From positions 154,194,001 to 154,258,000 of the forward strand of contig OX597816.1 of NCBI GenBank assembly GCA_951406725.2: 64,000 nucleotides of DNA. Reading direction: 5' to 3'. Within the stretch, counting starts at the first letter, position 1. Every line of letters begins with the position of its first letter. Both the position numbers and the translations under genes were made by a program. Origin of the DNA: Octopus vulgaris. Taxonomy: Eukaryota. Shown here in pieces: positions 42,902-57,350 of the stretch. The notes under the pieces were generated by a model that saw only the letters and a program-made list of their open reading frames with translations, did no database searches and was not told where the DNA came from.

Positions 42902-45900
42902 TATATCTCAGTCTGTAATGTAATCTCATAATATATATCTTAATATACATCTTATTTAGTCTGTAATTTATCTGTGATACTACTATTGTCATTTATTAAA
43001 AAGAAGTTTAGCTGAAAATATAACTACCTTTTCATTTAACTACTATTACTAAAATATTTTAAACCATTATGCTGTATTTTGACCAAGTCATATTTACTAA
43101 TTATGTAACACACACCCAACTAGTACTTACTTTATGGACCCCAAAACGATGAAAGGCAAAGTCGACCTCAAGTGGAATTCTCACTCAGAACATAAAGATG
43201 GATGAAATGTTACTAAGCATTTTGTCTGGTATGCTAATGATTCTGCCAACCCACTGCCTTGATGAATGTATATTATCAATAAGTGATAAACAGGACTCTA
43301 TCAAAATTACAACACTATCTTACCCAGTCATTAGAGAAAATACTTACCATTTATTGAAATAAAAGGTTGAAAAAGAAAGGCAGCTGTTCACAGGGTGGCA
43401 GAGGTAGCAGAAAGAGCCTCTTGCTGGCTATGGAGCAAGGGAGGAGGGGTAAGCTGGAAGCCAGAAGGAGAAAATGGATAGTGACTGTCCACCACTACCA
43501 ACCCACCATCAAGGGGCTGATACACTTTAGGGTAAAAACACTCTGTGATTATTGGACACTACCTGATGACATTATTTCCACCTGGTAAAGCTGCATTGCA
43601 TATTTTTTTAGATGTAGTCATTTTCTTTCAGGATCAATTCTATTCAAAGTATACGCAAAGAAAAATTATTAAACAACTGATACTGTTTATGTTAAATTGT
43701 TGCTAATGTTTAGCCTAGGGGCATCTCTGGTTAAGAAACCATGAAGCTTCAAAGATCTAAATCTTTTTTTTTCATTTATTGTGCATCTAGGACTACATTA
43801 TAAAATGTACTTTTAGTTTTTGAATGTGTTTGGATATGTGTTGAAGGAAATTTAGTTTGCTATTTGTAAGAGATCAAGCAATCATTACAGAGATTCTCTC
43901 ACTAGTTCATTAATACTAATTGTTTCTTAATTAGCTGAAGGTAAATTTTCCTTGAAGAACGGTACTGATTAGTGAAATAACCTCATTTTATTTCTGGGAT
44001 TTATTTGATTGGCCCTAAAAGTTAAATCTAATGTCCTCACTGACAGGATTTAATCTTAGAATGAAACAAAATTCAGTGTCACTACTTTCCAAATGACCAA
44101 TGTCTATATTATACAGAACAACTGGTTAAAAATCCCCAAAGTAACCAGGTGCTTTAATCATTAAATGGCCACTAATATACATAATGGAATGACCCACTGC
44201 TGAGGAAATGAACATTTATCATGTACTAGAAGTGAGTAAATAACTTAGATCCTTTGCCTAAGTTTCAGGCTTGTATCTATGTTAGAAATCTTTATTATTA
44301 TTGTTATTATTATAGAAAGCTGCTGTTGAGAAGGGTAAAATACCAGGAATGCAAGGTGGACAGAATTTTAGAGTACCCTGATCCTCCTTTGGTGAATGAT
44401 TCTTAAAACTGTGAGTGATTTTGTTTGTTTTCTATTGTTATAAAATTCTTGATCTTAAATGTACATTACTTGCTTTTGTTTCTCTCCCATTTTATTGTAT
44501 ACTCACATCCCAACAAGTTTGTAATCATTTTATATGAATGGTTTTGTATTATGAATAAAATGACTGTTTTTGTTATAGCTGTTGTTGTTGTTGTCATCGT
44601 TGTCATCATCATCATCACAGTCATTATTATCCAGAAAATAAAGGTCAAAGATTCTTATTGTTAAGGTACCATTAGCACTATTTACACAGTATTTATTAGT
44701 TTTGTTGTTTTATGAGCTTCTAAGCAAAAGGACATTTATTAGTATAATGTCTAATATTCTGAGAGGTTTGTTATTTTATAGATTCATCAACTAGATTATT
44801 TTGCACTTTATATCATTATACACAATGGTACTCACATTCCATCAAATACGGAAATTATTGAGTCTTTCTGGCAATAAAGGACCATAAATGAAATAATTTC
44901 TGTTTTGTTTATGTACAAACTTTTTAGTTTTTTTCTTTTTTTCTTTTTTTTTCTTGCTGTACTCAGGAAGACCTGTACTCCACAGCAGAAGTGTTAAGAC
45001 TAGTCATTCTGGTGAAAAGCACTCATGGTAGTACTACAAGAAAGTGCCTGTGTGGTGCCACGTAAAAGCACCGAGCACACACTGTAAAGTGGTTGGCATT
45101 AGCACTTGTCAAACTATCCAACCCATGCCAGCATGGACAATAGTTATTAAATGATGAGAATGATGTTGCTGATGATGATGATTCCTTTTTCTATGCTTAC
45201 AAAAGTGAGATATTTATATGCTGGAATTATTGATTTTTGCAGGGGAATCCTTCTTCTAACACAAATTATGAACTATAATGACCTCATTATAATCCCATTC
45301 GTATATAGAATACTTTATAGGAATATTAAATTGACCCAGTAACCATGACAGTAAAAGGTCAGGGAAGCCTGGGAGTTTTCCATTCTCCTAACAACCTTAT
45401 CCAGACTTGCGAAATTTAATATAACTTTGTACATATCCTATTCATACCATAATCATGATCATGCTTCCACAAAAGTCACTTTTATGTTTATATGTATTTC
45501 CTTTGCAGACCATACTAATTTACTCCTGTAGTCCTTTCTTTTCCACATTAGCTTGTTAAACAGGCATCAGCAGATAAATACTGTAAATAATATTTTTGTT
45601 AGGTTTGCACTTTATTTTGTCTCTATTTTATTTTAGGTAAAATCTATTAAGTTTTTCTGCATTTCTGCATTCCATTGTTTTCCATATATACCAAAGGGAA
45701 TCAGGCATTTACCAGCAAGTGTTAACTTTGCTATTATCTCTTGTTTAACTTCAATTAGAACCATCATTAAATCCTCTCCTTATTATGTTATTTTTATGAA
45801 GTTACTATACAGGCTTCCCAAACTCATTATTTGCCAGTATTCATATTTACATATAAACAATTTGCTGTCTAGTGTGCTAGTTTCTCATTTTTCATAGTTG

Positions 45901-46199
45901 TTTATCTGCAGTGAAGTCATGTCATGTCCTATTTTCATTTTGTTCATATGAAAACTCCCTTCTTTTTGTTCAATAGCTATAAATAAATATGGTAACTGTT
46001 TCCTTTCTCTACAAATTAAACTTGTTCTACTTTTTGTTTTAATTTATATTGCTTCTTATATTTTAGTATTGTTAAATTGTTTCTTATCATTTATCATTCA
46101 TTGTTTATATTTTACTTGAAGCTTAACCCTAATTATCCAAGTTTCAATCTTGAGTTTTTATAAATTACATCCATGAGCAAAGTATAGTAGATCAGAAAG

Positions 46200-46900
46200 T
46201 CAAGTGGGATGTTTTTGCCATCAAGATTTTCTAGACAAATCACAAACAGCATTTAAGTTGGCAGCTGTTAAAAGGTGTTTCAATATCAACAAGTCCAAAT
46301 TCTGCATCATAACTGCTTCTCTATGGATGGCCAACCAAAAATTTTAAGAAAGGAATACATCTCTGCAATTCATGACCAGTGAAGTTTATATGATGCATTT
46401 TATGAAAATAAGCCTTTGTTTTATTATTAACTGTATTCCAAAAGATTTCCTAAAGAGGATATGAACATAAGGGGCAAAAGCATGGCAATGCACTAGAAAT
46501 GATGAACCTGATATTGGAATGCAAACCTATCATCAATGAGCAAACAATTGAGGACCCTTGGAAAAGAAAATAATTACATAAGGACATCCAAAATGAGTTT
46601 CATTGTATCATGGCATCAGTAACCAAAGAAGAAATAGATAAAAAAAGAGTCTAAGTTAGGCCCTTTCACCATAATTATGACATTTTAAAGGACATTTTAA
46701 AAACTGAACAACTCTCATTTGCTTTGTGCTATATTTTCACCAAAGTTATATGTGAAGAATTTAACAGATATTGAACAGATTCTAAACCTGATGTTGTATG
46801 ACTTCTGCAAGGCATGTTGTCAGTGTTGAACTCTATTGATAGTCACAGCCAATTATGCATTGTACAAAGCTGGTAGCTGGGTGAAGCAGCAGCAACACAA
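46200..46900 (+). mobile_element. hAT (ZMYM/Tip100-like) transposase remnant
   Basis: Fragmentary DIQNE and TEQLSFALCY motifs; heavily decayed. Confidence 0.4.
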
Positions 46901-46959
46901 GTGAGTCTGGAGACATTGCCAGGATCCCTGGAAAGAGTTCTCTTTTCTTCATAAAATAT

Positions 46960-47990
46960 CACATCTGTAGAATCAGCTCATCCAGAGATATTGATATAGA
47001 GTGCCACGTCTTGTCAGCATCCAGCATGCTCTCAGTAGCCCTGGAAAATCTGGGTTTGTAATGATTTGCAGCTCTCAAGTATGTCTCTACACACCATCCA
47101 CAGCAGGTTTTCAAGGTATTCAGCCTCTCGTTGATAGTGCCAGCATAGATAAAGGAATTCAGCAAAATAGATCTGTATCTTCAGAAGAAGGATATGCTCT
47201 GAGGACCGGGTCAGTCAGGCCGTGTGTGTTGCTGACATCATGCTGCTGGGTGCCAGAATGTTTTCATACAAAACAGCATACTGGTATAGAGCTGTAGTGT
47301 TGGTGTCAGACTCATCATCCCAGGTGCCTTTCTGGCCATCACCACTGTGGTAGGTAACCTTGTTCATGTTTGTGCATGGATGCTTTTGGCTCACAGGGGT
47401 CAGTTTCTCTGCAGGGTTGTCGCTGCTCCATTGAGTCACTGATGCTAGCTTCACAACCAGTGGAAAGTCACAGCATACAGGACCTTCTCTTGTACCAGTG
47501 TCCATGATGCCAAACATGTTCACAGGTAGTCATCTGGCAGCGCACAGTTTCATACAGGGCACCCAGAACATAGTGGTCACAAACATGACTCCACACCTGG
47601 AACACCATGGAGCAACATGGATTCTGGGCTCACTGTCACATCAGTGCACATGACCAGGCTTGGCCTGGCTTGGTCGTCAAACTGCAACAATACACCGATC
47701 TCAGCTTTCTTAACACTTTTGGAAGCCATCATGGAAACTGTTTTCTGTAAGCAAGTCAATACAACATCAGCAATGTTGTTAATTGTCCTTTGATAATCCT
47801 CATGTACTAGCTAATGAATTTTCTCCACATTTCTGGTGGTGACATTTGTGGCAGGTCTTCCAGATTGCTCATTATCTTCCAAGGGCATTCTTCCACGTTT
47901 GAAGCACGTGTGTAACTTGAAACATTGCCTCATCACTGTGAGCTTGCCGAAGCATGCTCAATGTCTTTGTAGCAGGCTTCCCAAGTTTAA
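46960..47990 (-). mobile_element. Decayed mariner transposase
   Basis: Minus-strand CFKRGRMPLEDNEQSGRPATNVTTRNVEKIH (mariner HTH/GRP motif) and downstream WVP-like remnants. Confidence 0.65.
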
Positions 47991-48570
47991 TTGACTAACT
48001 CTCTTCCCTAAAATTTGTAGCCTTGTACTAAAATTTGAAGCACTTATCACCACCATCACCACCACCACCACCACTACCACCATCACTACTACCACTCATA
48101 ATTTATAAGAGTACACTAGAGCCAAAACATGTGAATACTAGTAATGATTTCACATAAATATATACCGATTGATCTCTACAACAATCTGCTGCTTAATCAT
48201 AAATCTTAATGTATATATAGTCATAAATACATAATTTGTATAATACTTCTTCACCAAGCTGTTACTGTTTTCCTTCAATAATTCTCACAAATGTAGCAGC
48301 AATTGATCAGATCAGCCATTTGTATTTTTGTATCCATCCATGTAATTTGTAATCAATAATATTACAAGCCCAAGTGGGAACCTCTACATGGTTGCTTGAC
48401 TTGTCAGAAGTAGCAGCTAAACCATGCCCTACTATCCTAAAACAAAAGACATTGTATAATACAATTCAAAATACATTATGATCTAATATAACACAATGGG
48501 GATGGTCGTAGTTGGAACATCTTTGACTATATATCTTCTCAATCAAGGATGAGCTGATATTAAATAAAAT

Positions 48571-48917
48571 TATTGAGAGACCCCCCCCCCTTCGGTCATG
48601 ACTGACCATGAGATTGCACCAAGAAAGTTACCCTCCCAGGCACAAGTCCGAGCAAGGTTGTTTATGGAAGACCAGCAGTCGCCCATACATACCGGCCTAC
48701 CCTCTCCACACCACCAGTGTTATCCAAGGGAAAGGCAACAGCAGATACAGCTTGGTACCTGTGACATCACAACTCATTTCTACAGCTGAGTCAACTGGAG
48801 CAACATGAAATAAAGTGTCTTGCTCAAGAACACAACAAGCAGCCCGGTCCGGGATTTGAACTCACAACCTCATGATCGTAAGCTCAACGCCCTAACCACT
48901 GAGCCATGCGTCTTCAC
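48571..48917 (-). mobile_element. tRNA-derived SINE (family 4) with 12-bp TSD
   Basis: Head gtgaagacgcatggctcagtggttagggcg...gagttcaaatccc. TSD attaaataaaat at 48559-48570 and 48918-48929. Related head at about 51085. Confidence 0.85.
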
Positions 48918-49760
48918 ATTAAATAAAATAGACATCAACAAACAACATTACACGCACTTATAGTTAGTGATTTTACCAATAACTGTGATTGACTATGGTC
49001 AATAACTCAATCCAGAGTTATTGCTGGTGAAGTTGACAGCATATTATGCTACTTATCAAAAGGTCAATAATGTTGATTTGTGACTGACTTGAGCAATTAA
49101 TTTCTAACTAGCTTATTTCACCTAGCTTATTGAGCAACCATGTAAAACAGGTGAGTGAGTGGAAGTGCTTTAGTATCATCATCATCATCATCATCATCAT
49201 CACAATTCAGTGTCCATGGAATCTTCTCTCAGTACATATTTCTCCTGCATCATGAAAATGCAACTTTTTAAGTGGGACATTAAAAGCATCACTCTCACCC
49301 TTTACAAAACGGGTCTGCAAAGGCCATGAACAATGCCCTTTCTTCCAGATCTAATTAATAAAAAAACAAACAAAAACAACTTAACTCATCACCCAGTTGA
49401 ACACTGCCACCACCTAGTCCCCTAAGTGCTTGTGGTGGTGCTCAAAAGTTGCAAGTACTTGGGCTAAGTCTCCAGACTGAAGACAACTTTTCTTCTGATC
49501 AGTCTCAGAGACTTCAAAAAGGTCATAAGTTTTATGTCCTTCCATCCTTGATAAAGTCATTAGAATAAAGGACAATCTTAAAAACAACACAACTTTCCTT
49601 GACACTTCCAATGGCATATGATATATAAAGTGTGAGAGAGAAATAGAAGTTGTAGCTCTTTTCCTTAGAGCATTGGTGCTGTAGGAACATAGTTGATATA
49701 ACAACTGAAGCAAAGTCTCTCTCATATCCATCTCAGACATGAAATGTTCTGTATGTACTA

Positions 49761-49803
<43 letters not shown>

Positions 49804-51853
49804 TCCTCCTTCTCTCCCCTCTCTCCCACTCCCCCTTATTCCCCCTCTCTCTTCTTCCTTCTTTCTTTCCTTCTCTCCTCTTCTCTACTGCTGCTGTTGC
49901 TGGCGGTGGTGGCAGTTGTGGTAGCAGTGGTGGTGGTAAATTGCTTTGACAATCAGAAGTGCAAATGCAGATTTGCCCACCTCAAAAAAAGGATAAATTC
50001 TGAAATACAAAACAACAAAGAGTTGTGTATATCAGATAACAAAATGACTATATTAAGTGACAAGGTACTGTGCTGGAGCAGGCCTATTCAAGCCATGCAG
50101 GTGTGCTAAAACAGACATAAAACGGTGGTGGTAGTAGTGGCAGTGGTGGGATGATGATGATGATCCCCAAAAGGCCAAAATACAAAGTTGGGGTCAATGG
50201 GATTTGAATTCAGAATACAAAAGCTTGTAGCTATATCCTGCAAGCATTTTGTCCAAGATTTTAATGATTCTACCAATTCACAACTCCTGAAGTGACACAA
50301 TAAAATAATGGGATTAGTTTCATAGGCTATATCCTTTCTCTATGCCCCCCACCCCATCTCAGTTAAACATAAATAGTACAGGGTGGGCCAGAAGTCACAC
50401 ACAAAATAAGTTCAATGTGCTCCAAAATCATCAAAGACATGCTTCAGTTTTTCTCAAATTGAATAAAATAAAATAATAATGAATACACATGTACTTGTAT
50501 ATGATGAATGAAATGAATAATAAAATATATTATAAATAAAATGACTGTAGCACCAGAGCTCACTTCTCTTCTTGCTACACAAGCTTATTTCATTTTAGGA
50601 GATGGAGCTGCAATATACTGTAGTGCAAACTTGTCTAACCCACACCTACTCAGCAAAATGAAGATTAAAATAGCACTGATAATTGTTAGAATAATAATGC
50701 ATTACCTTTATTAACTTTACTTCATTTATTTATATATCTATTTATTGTTGTTAAAGCAAATCATCACCAGTTTATTTGTTTCCTAGGAATCTAGTTTATT
50801 TATTCTCTCAACTATAAATAAATTCAAGGAAACAAGTTAACTAGTGATGGTCTGCTTAGCAACAAAAATATAATCAAATACCATGGTGTTGGTATGGGTG
50901 TGTGGATAAGAAGTTCATTTAGTTACCATATGGTTTTGAGTTCTATCTCTTTGTATGGCACCTTGAGCAAGTGTCTTCAACTGTAGTATCAGTTTGATCA
51001 ATGCTTTGTTAGTGGAACAGGTAGATGGAAATTGTATGGGAATCTGGTGTGTGTACGTGTTAATGTGTATGTGTGTTTGTATATGGTTGCATGGCTCAGT
51101 GGTTAGGGTGTTGTACTCCCAATCACAAGATCATAGTTTCAGTTCCTAGACTGGGTGGTACATTGTGGTCTTGAGTAAAACACTTCATCTCACATTGCAC
51201 TTTGATCACTTTGACACCTGATGTGTGGTATACCATGAACCTGTTCAGACAATGTGGATTTAATGGAGGAGAAATCATCTGTGTAGGTTGTCCAGCCAAA
51301 AATTGCTGAACCATCTTTGTCTGTAAGTGCATGTGTACTTGTGTGTGTGTATGTCTGTGTCTGTTTAAATATTTACATTGCTTATTTCGTATAAAGAGTA
51401 TTGAACTAAAATCGGTGATGTTTCTTGACACTCTGTTAATAGAAACATCTTCTAGCTATGCTTTCAAAGGTGAGTAGAATAAAAAAAAATCCTCACTTGG
51501 AAAACGAAGTAAGGGTTAGTGCCACATCATTGCTATACTTTTGTGTCTGCTTGCTATGCTGGCATATGTTGATTGGGTTTTCACAGTCTGAGTCATCACC
51601 TATTGTGAGCTGCTGCTGGATCCCTTTCCATTACTGACCACTTCACAGTGTATTGGATGCACTTTTCATGGTACACTTTACAGTGTGTACCGGGTGCATT
51701 TTGTGATACTAGCACAAGAGAGACTGTCTCACTCATCCATCACTTTGAGAGAGTGTGAGTTGTTGAGAAGATGTGTGATATTTTGTATGCAGGACAAGAG
51801 ACAGATATAGGATTGATGATAGTGGCAAAGCTAGATGTGGGTGACAAGATTAA

Positions 51854-52068
51854 CCCTTTAGCATTCAGATTATTCTGCAAAATTTATTTATTCACATCGT
51901 TTTCAGTTTAATTATGCATTATCTCATAGCTTTGAGATTTTGATGATGTGATTCTTTATTTTTAGAATGACATTGTCAGATAAGTGTAGGAGGATAGACC
52001 TGGCTGGTTTTCACATAGTAACAGATAGAATATCTGAGCTGGATATGGCTAGTTTAAACACTAAAGGG
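51854..52068. mobile_element. piggyBac-type MITE
   Basis: TTAA|CCCTTTAG ... CTAAAGGG|TTAA. Confidence 0.8.
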
Positions 52069-54880
52069 TTAAATGAATGTCAAGTGCCTCAGTTATATTC
52101 ATTTGTCCAACCCATGCTAACATAGGAAAATAAACAAACAGAGAAATACAAATAACATAGCGAACAACGTAGTTGTCATATAACTGACAAATGTTCCTCC
52201 AACTCCTTATCATTCTCATCATTATAGAAAATTAAATGAGAATCAGAAAGGTCTGGGAACTAGTAATGGGCTGCATTGACAAAATAAGTAAATAAAAACG
52301 ACAAATTTTTATCAATCCTAATCTATCTTTTCCTCATTATCATTCTCCTTGACATTGTTTTAATGTTTATTTTCATATGTTGAAGCAGGTTGAATAAGTC
52401 TTCCATAAAACACACTGTCACTTCCTACTCTGTGAGGAACATTCTGATGATAAGTTCTTGAGGCACCCTCTTTACATGGTCTCTCAGCCTGCTATAAATA
52501 GCAGTCAAATCAAACTCAACTAATACCTTTTTGTTTTAAAACAAGAACAGGAGGACCTGTTGGATAAGGTAAAATGAAATACAGTATGTCTAGGTAAAAA
52601 ACAACATATTAACCATAACTGACTTGGGCTAAACAACAACATTCCAATTCCATTTCTTCACACATCTTCCTTTGTTATCATATGGCATTTCTCCATGAAA
52701 AACATGGTCTATTCGCTTTTGTATTTCCATACCACACTTCTCAAATCATAACAATACTCATCCCTTAACATATGCAGTCTACAAACTTGTTCTTGAAAAC
52801 ATTCCTTAATGAGGTCATGGCTACCTAATCTTGCTCAGCAATGCTGAAATATGGTTGTAACATTTATCAAGGAAATAAATCTTGTGAAACTACATTATTA
52901 ATAAATAATACAGTTTGAACTTTCCTATTTGCTGTATATAGAAGATTTCTCAAACAGTGACTATCTTTGACATCAACCAAACATCTATAATATTGCCATT
53001 ATTGCTTTCTGATGGCTATACTTTCTTTTCAGCTCTGGTTAGTACCTTACAAACCACAAGTGCAATCCATATTAGAGTGTTGCTAACTGGGATTATGCTG
53101 CTTCTACATACACACATGATTATATTTAAAAAAAAAAAAAAAGTAGCTGATAGCAAGGATTCATTCAGCAACATGTTACACCTTTTAGCTCACTGATATG
53201 TCTCCTCTCTCTGTTTCTGCAACTGATACTATAATAGCTTCTTCTTCAAACTGCCAGCTATGTACCACTACCACCTAAGCCAATCTGATGTATGTGCCTT
53301 GATTCTCTTTCACTATTCCTCTTTCTATTATCCTACCACAACCCTACACTAAATCCTTGCCTCTATGCAGTTGTTCAACTAGGTACAAATAGCCACCAAA
53401 TCTTTTTCAAATGGTACTCAACTATTTTAAAGTCACTCCAAAACATTTGTAAATTATCCAGCCAGGTGGCTGTTTTTGTTGTACTTTAATTCTAGGTCAA
53501 TACTGATTGAGCAGACATCTGATCAAATACATTCTAGCTGTGAACATTCTATATTTCATTCAGGCATAGTGTATCTAGGACCTAAGCAATAATGAAAAGC
53601 GCTCTCAATGGCTTGTGCATGTGTGTGTGTGTTGGGGGTGGGGTTATAAGAGACATTGAACAGAAGTTAAACTTCCCATGGTTTTTATTTACAGTTAGGT
53701 GAACAATGCCAGCTAGGATTAAGCCATGGTTAGTAACACATTAACACAGGTTATGAAATTTTAATATTTCTCTCTCTCTCCTATTTCAAATAATTCATAA
53801 GTAATGTACATGTTATCTTAACATTCACAACTTTATACTAAGTTACCTTAGGAACATAATTTAAATTTAAAATATAAGTTTCCTTCTATTATTTTATTTT
53901 CTGAAGGCAATGAAATGACCACAACCCATAGAAGTGCCATAATCTCCTTTTTAGGTAATAAAGCAAAGTTAAATCACCCTAATTGAGTTTTTTTCCCCTC
54001 TTAGATGTGTTCAACTCAGGCTAATATTACAACTATTTTACTGTGCTGCTGCTGTTTACAGCAAGCTGTGCATGCTTTGTAGTATATATTTTACATGTAG
54101 GTGAACTCTGAGAACGCAGTCTTTCCTACAGATACAATTCAGTGCAGAAATAAGAAATAATCTGATATAAACCCATGGATTTACAGAGGAGATTAGATGA
54201 TACATCTAATCTCATTAATTGTAATTCCTTTTACTCTGCATGAGTGTTGAGTAAATTGACCATTTCAGTAAAGAACCTGTCATTCTCCATACTATCTCCA
54301 TTGTAAATTGTCTGCTGCTTTACACTACAACACACGTCATCTCCCTAATGCTAAATATTATCATCTGACTTTAGTTAACAAATGAAAATAATATGGTTTA
54401 TGTTCCTACATCCCATTCAACTTTTTGTTGTCAAAACAAATGCACAGCTTCATTCAGAATTGTATTAATTCATGGCTGCAAAGAGATCCCCAGCATATTT
54501 AATCATTCATGTGCTTAATTTTGAGTGGCAGAGTGGGGTTCACAGATTCTAAATGAGGCTGTCATTTGGATGGTTAGTGAAATTTGTTCTTATAAACTGG
54601 TGGAATCAGTATCATGGTGGGTGCCAACTGTTACTGAACAGGAAGTCACTCTAGTACTAATTTATGAACATGACACAAGATTCTACCACTTTTAAAAATG
54701 ATAACATAAAGAGATTCACATATACTATTTCAGGATCATTATTGTTGAAAGGTCTTTAGTACTGAACTATTAACTAATCAACATGCTATATTAATACATC
54801 TTCATTCTACACCAGTATTGAATACTCTCTAATTTTTTAATATTACCACACATTCATAAACATTACAGTACATATATATA

Positions 54881-55187
54881 TCACCGTGATCACCGTAACC
54901 GACCAGGCTATCAGATGATGTTACACATCGCTGGTCAAAATGCACTTTGCATTGTTTTAGCCTTCAAATGATGCCTCCCCGCTGGCTAAGCGAGCAGGCC
55001 AACAGAAGAGAGTGAGAGAAAATTGTGGCGAAAGAGTACAGCAGAGATCACCACCACCCCCTGCCGGAGCCTCATGGAGCTTTAGGTGTTTTGCCCAATA
55101 AACATTCATGACGCCCGTTCTGGGAATCTAAACCGCTATCCTACAACCGCGAGTCCGCTGCCCTAACCACTGGACCATTGCGCATCC
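54881..55187 (-). mobile_element. tRNA-derived SINE (family 1, second copy)
   Basis: Colinear with 1444-1751. Confidence 0.8.
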
Positions 55188-55377
55188 ATATATATATATA
55201 TTTATAATTAAGATTCAGTTGAATTAGGTACTTAAACTGAAGCACCAAGCCAGTTTGGTATAGTCTGTGCAACTCCAAATTAGGTGAACAAAACGTAAAT
55301 AAGTAAGGAAGATGAAATGGCTGTACTGTATTGATACCTGGACATCCTTGTTACCTATATATATATATATACACAGA

Positions 55378-55873
55378 CATGCAGAAAGTAAATAAACACC
55401 TCAAAGACATACAGCATCTCGAAAGAGTCCAGAAGCTGGCTACCCGCATGGTTCATGGTCTCAAAAATTTGTCCTACGAAGAAAGGCTGAGGACGCTCGA
55501 CCTTTATTCTCTTGAAAAACGCCGCCGCCATGGTGATCTCATTCTCGCCCACAACATCATAAGCGGAAAGTGTAACCTCTCGAAAAAGCTGTTCTTCACT
55601 CCTGATCCAGAGCATCGGCTGCGGGGTCATTCCGAAAAGCTCTACCTGCGACGATTTCATCTCAATCGAAGGAGAGGAGCTTTCTCCGTCCGGGTTGCGG
55701 ATCCGTGGAACAAGCTGCCAGACGAGATGGTGAAGATGCCGACGACCGCTTTGTTCAAAGCCTCCCTTGACCTCAAGTGGCCTGAACTCTTTACATGAAC
55801 ACCACCCTGTACTTAACTCCATGTCCCCCTACATGGCCTTGCTATTTGCTTTTGAGCCAAATTAACTAACTAA
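55378..55873 (+). mobile_element. CR1 LINE 3' fragment with open ORF2 C-terminus
   Basis: LERVQKLATRMVHGLKNLSYEERLRTLDLYSLEKRRRHGDLI...RGHSEKL...FSVRVADPWNKLP...FKASLD; tail (aact)n. Confidence 0.92.
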
Positions 55874-55939
55874 CCTTTAATTTTCAAAATCTTTTATTTA
55901 ATACGCAAAGTGAACAATTGAAATGTAATTGATAGGTAG

Positions 55940-56965
55940 GACTACATACTTTAGTATTTAGTTGATTTTCCCTTTACAGTTTTTAATTCAGAAACTCTTT
56001 TTAGCATTGAACTTATGAGCTTTGTGATTGTCTCTTGTGGAATTTCTGCCCACTTTTCACGCAACAATCGAAACAATTCATCTTTAGATTTAGGTTTCTG
56101 TTGAGTTTTTCATATAGCTCTATCTAGTATGCTCCAAAGATTTTCAATTGGGTTCATGTCAGGAGATTGGCTCAACCAAGGAAGCTTTTTGATCCCGTTT
56201 TCACTCAGCCATTGTTGATTCCTTTTCACTGTGTAGCATGGAGCCCCATCTTCCATGAATAAAAACTCATTTTTCATTATGTTATCGCGTGAATACATCG
56301 GAAGTAGTCCTTGCTTAAGTATTTTGATGTATTTTTCAGAGTTTATGATTCCAACACATTCAATCAACTCAGAGTGACCATTGCTGGTGACAGCTCCCCA
56401 TACCATTACAGAGATACCACCATGTTTCACAGCTGGTTGGAGTTATTTCAAATCCAATTCTTGACTGGGAAGCCTCCAGACCCAAACAAGTCCACTGTCT
56501 GAAAATAATGCAAATCTGGATTCATCTGAGAAAATCACTCTATCTCAAAATGAACTGGATTTTTCTGACATCTCCTTAGCCCATTTCTTTCTTTTCATGA
56601 TATTAATTGGTTGAAGGAGAGGTTTTCTTCTAGCTGCTCATTCATAATACCCAAGCTTATACAGATATGTAACATACGTCCTTGGACTACCTTTTGGCTG
56701 TTTTGCAATGTCAGAAGCCTTCAAATAGGGTTCATTTTCCACAATTCTCTTCAATCAGTGAAGCTCCTTTTCCAAGGACCCAGATCGGCTGGGACGAGAA
56801 TTTGTTGATTCTTTTCCTTGGCTTTTGAATTGCACTGTAATTCTATTAACAGTAGCAAGAGGAATTTGAAGATTTTTGGCAATTTTTTGGTGGCTAAGAC
56901 CAGCCTCAGATTGCCCAACCATATGACTTCTTTGAAAATCTAACAGTTTAATATAATGGCACCTG
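55940..56965 (-). mobile_element. Decayed Tc1 (DD34E) transposase
   Basis: [44 protein letters not shown]. Confidence 0.88.
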
Positions 56966-57059
56966 GAATAAAAAAAGAATAATTACCTTGTAAATTCTAC
57001 ACTGCTGACAACATATTAAGAAATTTTGAAAATTAAAGACGTTTATTTACTTCCTGCAT

Positions 57060-57240
57060 GTCTGTGTATTTAAGAGAGGAGGAATTATTTACATTATTTA
57101 CATTTGACGGATATTCGTCCTAATCTTGTTTGTTGTTAACACAAAGTTTCGGCTGATATACTCTCCAGCCTTCATCAGGTGTCTTGGGGAAATTTCAAAC
57201 TTGGGTTCTCATTCCTAAGGTATTTTTGATGTTATTGTTG

Positions 57241-57279
<39 letters not shown>

Positions 57280-57350
57280 TCACTGCCTGGAATCGAACTC
57301 TGAATCTTGGGGTTAGTAGCCTGCGCTCTTAACCACTATGCCATATGCCC
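57060..57350 (-). mobile_element. tRNA-headed SINE with internal (AAT)n and a hammerhead-containing tail
   Basis: Head 57276-57350 (A box tggcatagtgg, B box gagttcgattcc), (aat)n at about 57245-57275, hammerhead motif at 57139-57182. Confidence 0.8.
57139..57182 (-). ncRNA. Minimal hammerhead ribozyme motif
   Basis: Minus strand reads ACAC-CTGATGA-A-GGCTG(gagagtatat)CAGCC-GAAAC-TTT-GTGT. One substitution separates it from the palindromic GAAACGTT. Confidence 0.7.

Noticed and set aside
49414-49764. 116-aa ORF, possible R4/Dong LINE C-terminus
   Set aside because: Only a faint resemblance (KKSCLQSG..AQVL), which is not enough to call.
57276-57350. tRNA genes (also heads near 1680-1751, 48840-48917, 55110-55187)
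   Set aside because: Acceptor and anticodon stems do not pair properly, and each continues into a repeated SINE body.
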